From an uncultured Gemmatimonadales bacterium (lineage in GTDB: Bacteria; Gemmatimonadota; Gemmatimonadetes; Gemmatimonadales; Gemmatimonadaceae): a stretch of DNA of 64,000 nucleotides. Shown one piece after another: positions 19,390 to 29,035 of the stretch (positions are counted from its first letter, which is position 1; each line of letters opens with the position of its first letter). The notes below the pieces were generated by a model. The model was not told the origin of the DNA. It saw only the letters and a program-made list of their open reading frames with translations, and did not search any database. Made by a program: the position numbers and the translations under genes. The DNA lies in contig CAWKMU010000004.1 in NCBI GenBank assembly GCA_963850905.1, forward strand, positions 192,001-256,000. Direction: 5' to 3'.

Positions 19390-20623
19390 ATGCGCATCCT
19401 CTACTGCACTGATACGTACCCCCCGCAAGTCAACGGGGTGTCCGTCGTCACCGCGCTGTGCGTCAGCGGACTGCGCGCGCGCGGCTGGTCGTGCGCAGTC
19501 GTCGCGCCACGCTATCCAGCCGATGCGAAAACAGTCTTTACCGACACCTCGGCCGCGACCGCTGATCTTCTGGTATCGATCCCGAGCCTACCGATGCCGC
19601 TCTACCCGGACGTGCGCTTCGCCGCACCGGCCTATGCCGCAGTGAGTCGCGCGGTACGACGCTTCCGGCCCGACATCATTCACGCCGAGACCGAATTCAT
19701 GATCGGGCGCCTCGGCCAAATCGCCGGGCGCCGGGCGGGCATCCCCCTGGTGTCGTCCTATCACACGGACTTCGCACGGTATACGTCGGCGTACGGGATA
19801 CCATGGCTACGGGACCTCGTCGCCGCCTACATCGGTCGCTTTCACCGCCGGAGCTTGCGCACCTACACGCCATCGGCACCGGCTCGGGCGGACATCTCTG
19901 CAAACCGGCGTGCGGGACGTGGAGGTGTGGGGGCGCGGGGTCGACGCCACGACGTATTCTCCGTCCCGTCGCAGCGCGGCGTGGCGTGATCGCCTCGGTC
20001 TCGGCGACCGGTTCGCCTTCCTCCACGTCGGACGCCTCGCCATCGAAAAGCGAGTCGAGCAGATCGTCGAGGCATACGCGCTGGCGCAACGAGAGCTCCC
20101 TCCCGATTCGACGCGCCTCATCATTGCGGGCGCGGGCCCATGCGATGCGTCGATTCGCGAAACCGCACCGCCCGGTACGATCATGCTCGGCTACTTGGAT
20201 CGCACCGCAGAGCTTCCTGCACTCTATGCGAGCGCCGATGCCTTCCTGTTTGCGTCACTCACGGAGACCCTCGGCCTCGTGGTGCTCGAGGCGATGGCGA
20301 GTGGCCTGCCCGTGATCGCTGTGCCCGCAGGCGGCGTGGCGGACCATTTGCGCGATGGTGTCAACGGCATCGCGACCCCACCACGAGACACCGCCGCAAT
20401 GGCGGCCGCGATGGTGGCGCTTGCCCGCGACCGCGAGCGCACGCGCCGCCTCGGGGCCGCTGCGCGCGCCACGGCCGAAGCGCTCACGTGGGACGCCGAG
20501 CTCGATCGACTGGATCTGAGCTATCGCGAAGTGTGCGCGCAGGCATCGAGCGAGGCGCCCGTGGGGTCGGCGCTCGAGACCGCGTCGGCGGGATCACACA
20601 GCAACGGCCAGTCGGAGTCTTAG
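19390..20623 (+). CDS. GT4 glycosyltransferase (PimA/SqdX/Agt-like), apparent +1 frameshift at about 19895
   Basis: MRILYCTDTYPPQVNGV, SYHTDF; next frame WGRGVD, VGRLAIEK, ETLGLVVLEAMASGLP. Confidence 0.9.
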
Positions 20624-21705
20624 CGGGGCCGAAGGGCGGCCGCAGCGCTTCCCTGGGACGGGGTCTCTCGCGTAGCGCCACCCCTCGGTGCGGGGTCGGG
20701 GGGCAACGTGATGACCGTACGGTCCTCGCGGTGCTGCACCGTTCCGCCCTGCGCGCTGATGAGGCGATCGGCGAAGGCGAGGTCGATTGGCCGGCCTGGT
20801 TGTCCGCCGTGCGAGATGGTGAGCTGCACCTGGGGCCGGTCGCCACGCGACCCCGTCTCGCTCTCCGGACTGGTGGTCCCCTCGCTCGCGCGAGCGTCCA
20901 CATCGGCGCGCTCCAACGATCCGGTCGGCTCGACGCTTGTGAGCTCGACGCGGCCGCCCGGCGCCGTCCGCCGCAGAGCATCGGTGGCCAGCAATGACAA
21001 TGCCTCGCTGAGCCAGGCACGGTCTGCGAGCGCCGCGGGTACGAGCGGCGAGATGTTGCTCTCGACGATGACGTCCGCCTGCTGCGCCGCCGCGGTCAGA
21101 CTGGGCAAGAGCATGGCCACCACATTGCCGACCTTCACGCGCTCCGGGCGGAGACGGAGTGCGCCACGGTCGACGTCGGCGATGGCTCGCAATCGGTCGA
21201 GGCGCGTGTGGACGTCATCCGCCGCACTGCGCGCCGCAGCCAGCATCTCTTCCTGATTTTCATTGAGATCGCCGAACCGCGATTCGAGCAGGATGTGCAG
21301 CGGGATTCGGACTTCGTCGAGTTGCCGGGCAACCGCCGTCGCGGCGTCGCCCATGAGCTCCGCGTACTCACGCACGCGCTGATCGGCAGCTGCCTGTGCA
21401 CGACCCTGCGCCGCACCCGCATCGGCAACGGCGCGACGCAGGCGCGCAACCTCGTCCTCGATGGTGTCCAGCTCGTCGATTCGCGTGGCCTGAACGGGAG
21501 CCGCGAGCCGCGAGACGCGATTCGCAACGTACCTGGTGTTGCGCCACGCGACGATGAGTGACCCCACCGTCGCAACGATGCCCACGAGGATGATCACGTG
21601 GGGAGCCCGCGATCCGAACGGGCCCCAGTACGCCAGTCCGGCAACGGCAAACACGCCGAGGATCGCTGGGACGACGGCGAGATAGAGACGCTGGCTGACG
21701 GTCAC
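20620..21705 (-). CDS. Two-TM degenerate histidine kinase (pseudokinase-like)
   Basis: HisKA-like LDEVRIPLHILL...GDLNENQEEML with Asp at the His position; eroded HATPase boxes; GTGA coupling to the KdpD-N gene. Confidence 0.72.
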   Translation of the reverse strand: MTVSQRLYLAVVPAILGVFAVAGLAYWGPFGSRAPHVIILVGIVATVGSLIVAWRNTRYVANRVSRLAAPVQATRIDELDTIEDEVARLRRAVADAGAAQGRAQAAADQRVREYAELMGDAATAVARQLDEVRIPLHILLESRFGDLNENQEEMLAAARSAADDVHTRLDRLRAIADVDRGALRLRPERVKVGNVVAMLLPSLTAAAQQADVIVESNISPLVPAALADRAWLSEALSLLATDALRRTAPGGRVELTSVEPTGSLERADVDARASEGTTSPESETGSRGDRPQVQLTISHGGQPGRPIDLAFADRLISAQGGTVQHREDRTVITLPPDPAPRGGATRETPSQGSAAAALRPR

Positions 21706-22865
21706 GAGGGGTCCTCGATCTCGCCAGACGCCGGCAGTCCCACGACCAGCACATCCAGGTCCTCGCTGTTGTGCGTGAGCTGCTCCACGACCGAGCCATG
21801 TCGCAGCCGGTGCCAGAACGACCGGCGACTCTGCCCCACGATCAACAGCGTCACGCCGCGCTCGCGCGCAAACCGCGCCAGCTCGCCAGCGATATTGACG
21901 CCCACGAGCTTGACGACCTCCGCCCCCATGGACTGGGCGAGCTGGATGTTCTCCACGAGCTTGCGCTGCACCGTCGAATCGATGCGGGAGGCACTCTCCT
22001 CCGGCGTCTGGACGTACACACAATACCAATCGGAGTTGAGCCTCCCCGCAATGCGGCTCGCTTTGCGGAGCAGCACGGCCGTGTACGGTGGATTACTCGC
22101 AAGCGCTACGAGGATCCGGTCGACGGTCTTGGGTACGGCAGTCGCCCCCTCCTCCCGCCGAACGATTCCTTCGCGGACGCGATCGACCGAGCTCGCAACT
22201 TCCCGCAAAGCGAGCTCGCGCAACGTGGTCAGATTCTCTTCCGTGAAGAAGTTCTCCAGAGCGGCCGGGACCTTCTCCGCGCGATAGATCTTCCCTTCCG
22301 TCAACCGCTGGCGGAGATCCTCGGCGGAGATGTCGATGTTCACGACTTGATCGGCGATGCCGAGCACCCAATCGGGGACCGTCTCTCGCACGGTCACGCC
22401 GAGTGTCTTGGCGACGACGTCGTTGAGCGACTCCAGATGCTGGACGTTGACGGCCGACACGACATTGATCCCGTTGTCGAGCAGCTGCATCACGTCTTCC
22501 CACCGCTTGCCGTGCGTGACACCAGGCACGTTCGTGTGGGCGAGCTCATCGACCAGTGCCACCTCCGGTCGCCGCGCGACCACCGCTTCGAGATCCATCT
22601 CCTCGAGCACGACCCCCCGATACTCGATGCGCTTGCGAGGGACGACCTCGAGGTCGCCGATGAGCGCCGCGGTCTCCGCTCGGCCATGGGTCTCCACGAA
22701 TCCCACCACGACGTCGACACCGCGCCGCCGCAGGTCATGCGCCTCGGTCAACATGCGGTACGTCTTCCCCACGCCTGCAAACGATCCAATGTAGAGCTTG
22801 AGCTTGCCCCGCTCTCGGGGCGTCATCACATCCAGAAAGCTCGGCGACCGAGTGGGCGTGGTCAT
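21702..22865 (-). CDS. kdpD: Soluble KdpD N-terminal sensor domain plus USP domain
   Basis: RGKLKLYIG..GVGKTY, ETHGR, LVDELAHTN, NVQHLESLND, LTTLRELALR, C-terminal USP; no TM or kinase domain. Confidence 0.92.
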   Translation of the reverse strand: MTTPTRSPSFLDVMTPRERGKLKLYIGSFAGVGKTYRMLTEAHDLRRRGVDVVVGFVETHGRAETAALIGDLEVVPRKRIEYRGVVLEEMDLEAVVARRPEVALVDELAHTNVPGVTHGKRWEDVMQLLDNGINVVSAVNVQHLESLNDVVAKTLGVTVRETVPDWVLGIADQVVNIDISAEDLRQRLTEGKIYRAEKVPAALENFFTEENLTTLRELALREVASSVDRVREGIVRREEGATAVPKTVDRILVALASNPPYTAVLLRKASRIAGRLNSDWYCVYVQTPEESASRIDSTVQRKLVENIQLAQSMGAEVVKLVGVNIAGELARFARERGVTLLIVGQSRRSFWHRLRHGSVVEQLTHNSEDLDVLVVGLPASGEIEDPS

Positions 22866-22875
22866 GGCCAAGAAA

Positions 22876-24570
22876 TTATTGCGGCGTGAGCGCCGCGCGT
22901 CGCTCATCGAGCTCGGCGATGAGCTGGTCGTACGCGTCGGCCGGTAATTGGCCGGCTCGCAACGCATCGCCTAGTCGATCGCGCTCGACGTCGAGCAGGT
23001 AGCGCTCGACGCGCCGGACAGACTCCTCCATCGATTCCCGCGTCGGCGCGTCAAGATCGGGTTCCGCCGGAACGGCGCCGCCGTCTTCCTCGGTCGCCAC
23101 CGCCCGATCGGTGCTGGTCGGCGTGACCGGTGCGCCGCTCATCTGCGCAACGGCTTGCCTGAGCCGCGCTTCGGCGCGCACGAGTCGGGAGTCGTAGCGC
23201 TTCCGCAAGCGACCCTCGAGACCGCCCGGAAGCACACCGGCCTCGGTCAGATAGTCGAGCTCCTCGACCGCCGCGCGAGCCGCCCGAAATTGCTCCCGTG
23301 CGACTTCAAACAGGCTGCGTGGGCTCGCGACGTCGACAAGCTTCAGCCGTCTGAGCAGCACCGGCATCGAGAGGCCCTGCCCGAGAAGCGAGAGCGTCAC
23401 AACACCAAAAGTCATGGTGATGAGCAGCCCGCGATACGGCAGCGTCACGGGGAGCGCAAGTGCCAGCACCATCGACAACGCGCCACGGACACCCCCCCAC
23501 GTCAACACCGCACTCCAACGCAACGGGATGCGTTCCGTGGTCGACCGGACCAATCCGGTCACTCCACCTACCACGACCATACGGGCGAGTGTGACCGCCA
23601 CGAACGCCGCCACGACCGGTCGCCAGGCAGTCACGAGTCCCTGGAAGTGCACCTCGAAGCCGATCAGCAGGAACACAATCGAATTCAACGCGAACGCCCC
23701 GTACTCCCAGAAGGTGTCGACCGCAACCCGCGTGGTCGCTGTCATGCCACGTCGTGCGACGTCGTGCCCGCACAGCACACCCGCCGCGACTGTGGCGAGT
23801 ACACCCGACAACCCAAGCTGCTGCGCGGCGGCAAACGATCCGTAGGCGGCAACGACCGTCAACGTGATCTCCACCATTGGATCGCTGACTCGCGCGATGA
23901 TGAGTGTTGCCGAACCACCGACCAGCACGCCAACCAACGCCCCACCAACCAACTGCACGACGAAACGGCCCGTGAGGCCGAATACACCGGACGGCGCCCC
24001 CGATGCCATCACGAGGGCCAGCGCCGCGAGAAAGAAGACGATTGCGGTGGCGTCGTTGAGGAGACTCTCGGCCTCTAGCAAGAGTGTGAGACGAGGCGGG
24101 GCGCCGAGACGTCGGAACAGGGCGAGGACGGCAATGGGGTCGGTCGCGCTGATAAGCGCGGCAAATACCAGCATCGGGCCCGCGAGGCCCGTCGTCGGAG
24201 CACCCAGGGCGGTCAGCGCGACCGGCGTCAGCATCGCGGTGAGCGCGATCGCGATCGCGACGCCCGGCACCGAAAGCAGAAAGAGTGTGCGCCAGTTGCG
24301 CTGAAGGTGTTCGCTCCGAAGGTTGAATGCGGCCTCGAACACGAGGCCGGGAAGCGCCACGGCGAAGAGCAACTCCTGCGTGAGATGCGGTGCCGCGACG
24401 AGGTTGAACGTTCCGAGCACGAGGCCTGCGACCACCAGCGCCACTGGATAGGGCACGCGCAAGCGCCGCGCTCCGATGGCGACCACCGTCGCGACCGCGA
24501 AGAGCAGGACGAACACGGCCCCCACGTCCAGAGGCAGTCCGGCACTCGACGGCTCGGTCGCCATGGCCAT
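22876..24570 (-). CDS. CPA1-family Na+(K+)/H+ antiporter
   Basis: ISATDPIAV, ESLLNDA, SGVLATV, WGGVRGALS; soluble C-terminal tail. Confidence 0.92.
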   Translation of the reverse strand: MAMATEPSSAGLPLDVGAVFVLLFAVATVVAIGARRLRVPYPVALVVAGLVLGTFNLVAAPHLTQELLFAVALPGLVFEAAFNLRSEHLQRNWRTLFLLSVPGVAIAIALTAMLTPVALTALGAPTTGLAGPMLVFAALISATDPIAVLALFRRLGAPPRLTLLLEAESLLNDATAIVFFLAALALVMASGAPSGVFGLTGRFVVQLVGGALVGVLVGGSATLIIARVSDPMVEITLTVVAAYGSFAAAQQLGLSGVLATVAAGVLCGHDVARRGMTATTRVAVDTFWEYGAFALNSIVFLLIGFEVHFQGLVTAWRPVVAAFVAVTLARMVVVGGVTGLVRSTTERIPLRWSAVLTWGGVRGALSMVLALALPVTLPYRGLLITMTFGVVTLSLLGQGLSMPVLLRRLKLVDVASPRSLFEVAREQFRAARAAVEELDYLTEAGVLPGGLEGRLRKRYDSRLVRAEARLRQAVAQMSGAPVTPTSTDRAVATEEDGGAVPAEPDLDAPTRESMEESVRRVERYLLDVERDRLGDALRAGQLPADAYDQLIAELDERRAALTPQ

Positions 24571-24618
24571 GCCGTACAAGATATGGCATGATGACCCGTC
24601 GCCAGTCACTCCTGGCGG

Positions 24619-26371
24619 TCAGTCGTCGGTGGGCGGTGCAGCCAATGTGGAAACGTCGACGGCTGGCAGTCGAAGGGTGAACACGCTGCCACCACCCGCG
24701 CGCGGCTCGAACACGACGGACCCGCCCTGCGCCGTGGCGAGGCTCCGCGCGATCGACAGTCCGAGCCCGGCCCCGCCTGCATCTGGGGGAGACGTCTTCG
24801 GACGGTAGAACGGTTCGAAAACGCGCTCGCGTTCGGAGACGGGTATCCCCGGCCCGCGATCAGCGATCGCAAAAGCCAACCACGGGCCGTCGCGATGGAC
24901 GGCCAGCTCGATCGGCTGCGACCGCGGGCTGTACTTGATGGCATTCTCGAGCAGATTGACGAGCGCGTGCAGCGTGTCCGTGAAGTCGAACCGCCCGACC
25001 AACAGCACGTCGCCACCGGATTCCACGTGCACCTCGAGGTCGCGCCCGCCGGCGCGACCTGTCATGCGCTGGAGCGCGACGCCGACCAAGTCCTCCGCCT
25101 CGTTCGGGACGGGCATCCGGCGCGCGACGCCGGCCTGCAACCGCGACAGGTCCAACAGATTCTCGACGAAACCGTTCAATCGATCCGCCTCTTCCTCGAT
25201 CGTGACCGCCCGATCGTCTCCGCCGGTCGCCATCTCGGTTCGCTAGCGCTTTGATCGTGGTGAGCGGGGTCCGCAGGTCGTGCGAGACGGAGGCGAGCAG
25301 CGCGTCCTTGAGTCGATCCGCGTGTCGCAACGCTTCGGCATGCTCGGCCGCATGGACGAGCCGGATGCGCTCCACCCCGAGCGCGGCGTAATACGAAAGG
25401 GCTCGCAGGACACGGCGCCGCGCGGCGCCGAGCCGGAAGCCCGTACCCGAGCCGATCCCGAGGACGCCGACTACACGCTCGCGCACCCGCAGTGGCAGGT
25501 AGAGCGCGCGCATCGAGCCGTCGTCGCCCGCCGTGTCGAGCGCCGAGCGCTGGGCCGCACCCGTCGTGCCGACGGCGTCGCCAAGTGCGCTGCCGCCCAC
25601 AGTACCGGTGACGCGGGAGGTGCCATCCTCGAATTCCACGGCCTCGGTGCCATGTTCGGCAACCCACTGCACGAGCTTTCCCTCGGCCACCGGGAGTCCC
25701 GGGCCCGAATGATGATCCGCCGGTGACCGAGCGCCGCGCACGAGGGCACCCGTCTCACCATCGCGCATGAACACTTCACACCAGCCGACCTCCACGGTCG
25801 CTCGAATCACATCGACGATCGCAGGGAGTGCCTCCCCTGCCCGGCCAGCGTTCAGCGTTTCCGCGCCGAGAACGGCGAGTCGGTCGATCTCGACGGCCCG
25901 GGCCTGAGCGGACTCCGCCTGGGCACGGGCGCGATACAGCAGGTGCGCGGCGACGATACTCGTGCCAAGAAACGTGAACAGGACCAGCCAATCGAACGGG
26001 TTGGAGATGTATAGCGCGCCGTACGGCTCCAAGAAGAGCCACTCGAACAGGAAGAACGCGACGGCTGCGACGACTACCCCAAAGGCACGGCCCGCATACG
26101 CGCTCGAGCCCAGCACGATGAGCAGATACACCATCGCCACGTGGGCTTCGTTGAGCCGGGTCCGAATCAGCACCATCGCGACCGTCGCGAGTGCGAGCGC
26201 AGCGGCCCAACCCGCGAGTCCGATGAGACGCGGGGGCCGGGGCGGCGGGATGTCGCCTGCCGCACCGGCTGCATCGGCCTCGAGCACGCGCCAACGGAGC
26301 CATTGCGGCAGGCGACGCCCCCGAAAGACGCTACCAGGCATGGGCGGCGAGGAAGCCGTGCGGCGGGGCAT
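24619..26371 (-). CDS. KdpD-like membrane histidine kinase (DUF4118-GAF-HisKA-HATPase), apparent +1 frameshift at about 25238
   Basis: Four TM with FLEPYG, GAF-like region, SVSHDLRTPLT; next frame NLLENAIKYS, DRGPGIP, GAGLGLSI. Confidence 0.88.
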
Positions 26372-26382
26372 GACGCCCCGCG

Positions 26383-27129
26383 CTAAGCGGCTGCGGGCCG
26401 CTCGAAGCGGTAGCCGACGCCAGGCTCGGTGAGGATGAGCCGAGGGCGGACAGGATCGTCCTCCAGCTTGCGGCGCAGGCTGCGGACATAGACGCGCAGG
26501 TATTGCTGGGCATCGCCGGACACATTCCCCCATACCGCGCGAAACAACTGCGCATGCGTCATCGTGCGGCCTTCGTGCTCGACGAGAGTTCGCAGCAGGT
26601 CCCACTCGGTCCGCGTCAGGTGGATGGGTTGAGCGCCGCGCGCCGCGACGGGCACCTCGAAGTCGAGTGTGACGTTGCCCAACACGATCGGCGCATGGCT
26701 CGGCGACTTGATGCCCCCAGAGGCACGTCGGACCTGCGCGCGGATCCGCGCGCGAAACTCCTCCGAGCCGAACGGCTTCGTGACGTAGTCATCGGCCCCG
26801 GCATCGAGCAGCGCCACTTTCTGGGCCTCGGAATGACGGGCCGACAACACCACAATCGGGGCGGGCGTCCGCTCGCGAAGGGCGCGACAAACAGCCTCGC
26901 CATCGGCATCGGGCAGTCCGAGATCCAGCACGATCACGTCGGGACGCTCCGCGGTGCACAACGCGATCCCGTCCGCTCCGCTGCCCGCATCGAGCACTGA
27001 CGTCGCCTCGTCCTCCAGGGCCGCCCGCACGACGCGCCGGATCTGTGGCTCATCCTCGATGACCAGAACCGTCGTCGGCCGAGACGCCCGCGGCGCGGGC
27101 GCCGCCTGTGCCGCTGCCTCACGAGTCAT
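26383..27129 (-). CDS. kdpE: KdpE-like OmpR-family response regulator
   Basis: IEDEPQIRR, LDLGLPD, ALLDAGADDYVTKPF, YLRVYVRSLRRKLE, TEPGVGYRF. Confidence 0.9.
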   Translation of the reverse strand: MTREAAAQAAPAPRASRPTTVLVIEDEPQIRRVVRAALEDEATSVLDAGSGADGIALCTAERPDVIVLDLGLPDADGEAVCRALRERTPAPIVVLSARHSEAQKVALLDAGADDYVTKPFGSEEFRARIRAQVRRASGGIKSPSHAPIVLGNVTLDFEVPVAARGAQPIHLTRTEWDLLRTLVEHEGRTMTHAQLFRAVWGNVSGDAQQYLRVYVRSLRRKLEDDPVRPRLILTEPGVGYRFERPAAA

Positions 27130-27180
27130 GGGGCCAAGATAACGCCTGGCTCAGGCGGCCGGAGGAGGCTCCTGGGACCG

Positions 27181-27221
27181 CTGAACAGAGTCACCGCACC
27201 GTGAACGGCACTCGCTATAAT
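27181..27221 (+). promoter_or_regulatory. Perfect -10 (TATAAT 27216-27221) with upstream TGAAC direct repeats and no clear -35
   Basis: TGAAC at 27182 and 27202, TCACC at 27191; ATG 10 nt after the -10. Confidence 0.5.
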
Positions 27222-27231
27222 TCCGGCGCCC

Positions 27232-28992
27232 ATGGCCCAGCCGATCATTCCCGTCCGTGCGCCCGATGGCCACGTGGTGCCGCCACCGCCGCGAACCGTG
27301 TCACGCTGGTTCGACGTGGCGCTCTTTGGCGTGGTCGGCGCGGTCGCGTATGGACTCCTGCAGGCTGCCGCGCGGTTGTCGACACCCCTCAGCGCCGGCG
27401 CTCGAGTCGATCTGAACCCGATCCACTTACCGCTGTACGCAGCCTATTCCACGCTGCGGATGACGATCGCCTACGGCATCTCGCTCGCCTTCAGTCTTGC
27501 GTATGCCAAGATCGCCGCCGGGAGCCGCCGGGCGGAGCGGCTGATGATGCCCGTGCTCGATATTCTCCAGAGCATCCCGATCCTGTCGTTCATGCCGGGG
27601 GTCGTGCTCGGGTTGGCCGCGTTGATTCCGGGACGGACCGTCGGACTCGAGCTGGCGGCCGTTGTGCTCATCTTCACCAGCCAGGCATGGAATCTCGCCT
27701 TCAGCTTTCATCAATCGCTGATCACCATCCCCAGCGAGTTGAGCGAGGCCTCCTCCGTCTACCGCCTGGGGCCTTGGCGGCGCTTCACGCGCCTCGAGCT
27801 GCCCTTCGGAGCGATCTCGTTGATCGCCAACAGCATGATGAGCTGGGCCGCTGCGTGGTTCGTGCTGACGGCGTCAGAACAGTTTCAGATTGGGAGCAAG
27901 GACTTTCGTCTTCCCGGGCTCGGGTCGTACTTGCAAGTCGCGGCCAACGCCGGCGACATGCGTGCGACGCTCCTGGGCCTGGGCGTTCTGATCACGGTCA
28001 TCGTGTTGCTGGACCAGCTGTTTTGGCGCCCGCTGGTGGCCTGGTCCGATCGATTCAAGTTCGAGCAGTCCGGCGGAGCCGAGACGCCGACATCGCCGAT
28101 CACCGAGCTCCTGGCCGGCTCCGCCATAGTGGAGTGGACCCGTGCACGCGTCTGGCTCCCTGCCTGGCGGAAGCTGGACCGCGCCCTCGGTGGGCAAGGC
28201 GACCGGGCCGCGCGATTGCCGGTCCCCGCGACATATCGACGTGGGGGTCGTCGCCTGGCAATCGTCGCCGTCGTCGTGGCGCTGCTCGCGATCATGATGT
28301 GGGGAACCGCGGCAGCGATTCACGAGCTCGCCGGCCTTCCGGCCGACCAGTGGAAGCACGTGTGGGTGAGTGCCGCCGCGACGTTCACCCGGACACTCGT
28401 CGCGCTGGCCATCGCCGCCGCGTGGACGATTCCTGCGGGAGTGGCAATCGGCTTCAACCCGCGATGGTCGGCCCGCGCGCAACCGTTGGTGCAGATCGCG
28501 GCCTCCATCCCGCCCAACACGGTCTTTCCGATCCTGGTGCTCGTGCTCCTCGCTGTCCCGGGCGGCCTCAGCATCGCGTCCGTCTTGCTCATGCTCTTGG
28601 GCACGCAATGGTACGTGCTCTTCAACGTGATTGCCGGCGCGATGGCCATACCCTCCGATCTGCGTGAGGCGGCCGTTGTCTATCAGATCAGAGGGTGGCG
28701 ACGGTGGCGGACGCTGATTCTCCCCGCGATCTTCCCGTATCTCGTTACCGGCATGATCACCGCGACGGGCGGCGCGTGGAATGCGAGCGTCGTCTCGGAA
28801 TTCGTCACCTTTCGGGGTCACAACTTCATGACCGTCGGGCTTGGCGCGTTGATCGCTGACGCGTTGTTTCGGGGTGATTTTCGCCTGCTGCTCGCAGGGA
28901 CGCTCGTGATGGCCGCGATTGTCATCACGGGCAATCGTCTGGTCTGGCGACGACTGTACTCGCTCGCCGAAGCCCGCTACCGTCTCGACTGA
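27232..28992 (+). CDS. NitT/TauT-family ABC permease with duplicated TM domains
   Basis: STLRM, LDILQSIPILSF, FTSQAWN, NSMMSW, LLGTQWYVLFNVIAG, GGAWNAS. Confidence 0.9.
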   Translation: MAQPIIPVRAPDGHVVPPPPRTVSRWFDVALFGVVGAVAYGLLQAAARLSTPLSAGARVDLNPIHLPLYAAYSTLRMTIAYGISLAFSLAYAKIAAGSRRAERLMMPVLDILQSIPILSFMPGVVLGLAALIPGRTVGLELAAVVLIFTSQAWNLAFSFHQSLITIPSELSEASSVYRLGPWRRFTRLELPFGAISLIANSMMSWAAAWFVLTASEQFQIGSKDFRLPGLGSYLQVAANAGDMRATLLGLGVLITVIVLLDQLFWRPLVAWSDRFKFEQSGGAETPTSPITELLAGSAIVEWTRARVWLPAWRKLDRALGGQGDRAARLPVPATYRRGGRRLAIVAVVVALLAIMMWGTAAAIHELAGLPADQWKHVWVSAAATFTRTLVALAIAAAWTIPAGVAIGFNPRWSARAQPLVQIAASIPPNTVFPILVLVLLAVPGGLSIASVLLMLLGTQWYVLFNVIAGAMAIPSDLREAAVVYQIRGWRRWRTLILPAIFPYLVTGMITATGGAWNASVVSEFVTFRGHNFMTVGLGALIADALFRGDFRLLLAGTLVMAAIVITGNRLVWRRLYSLAEARYRLD

Positions 28993-29035
28993 TGCGTACC
29001 GTGCGTGGTTGCACCTTGATCACCGAGCCGAGCCC

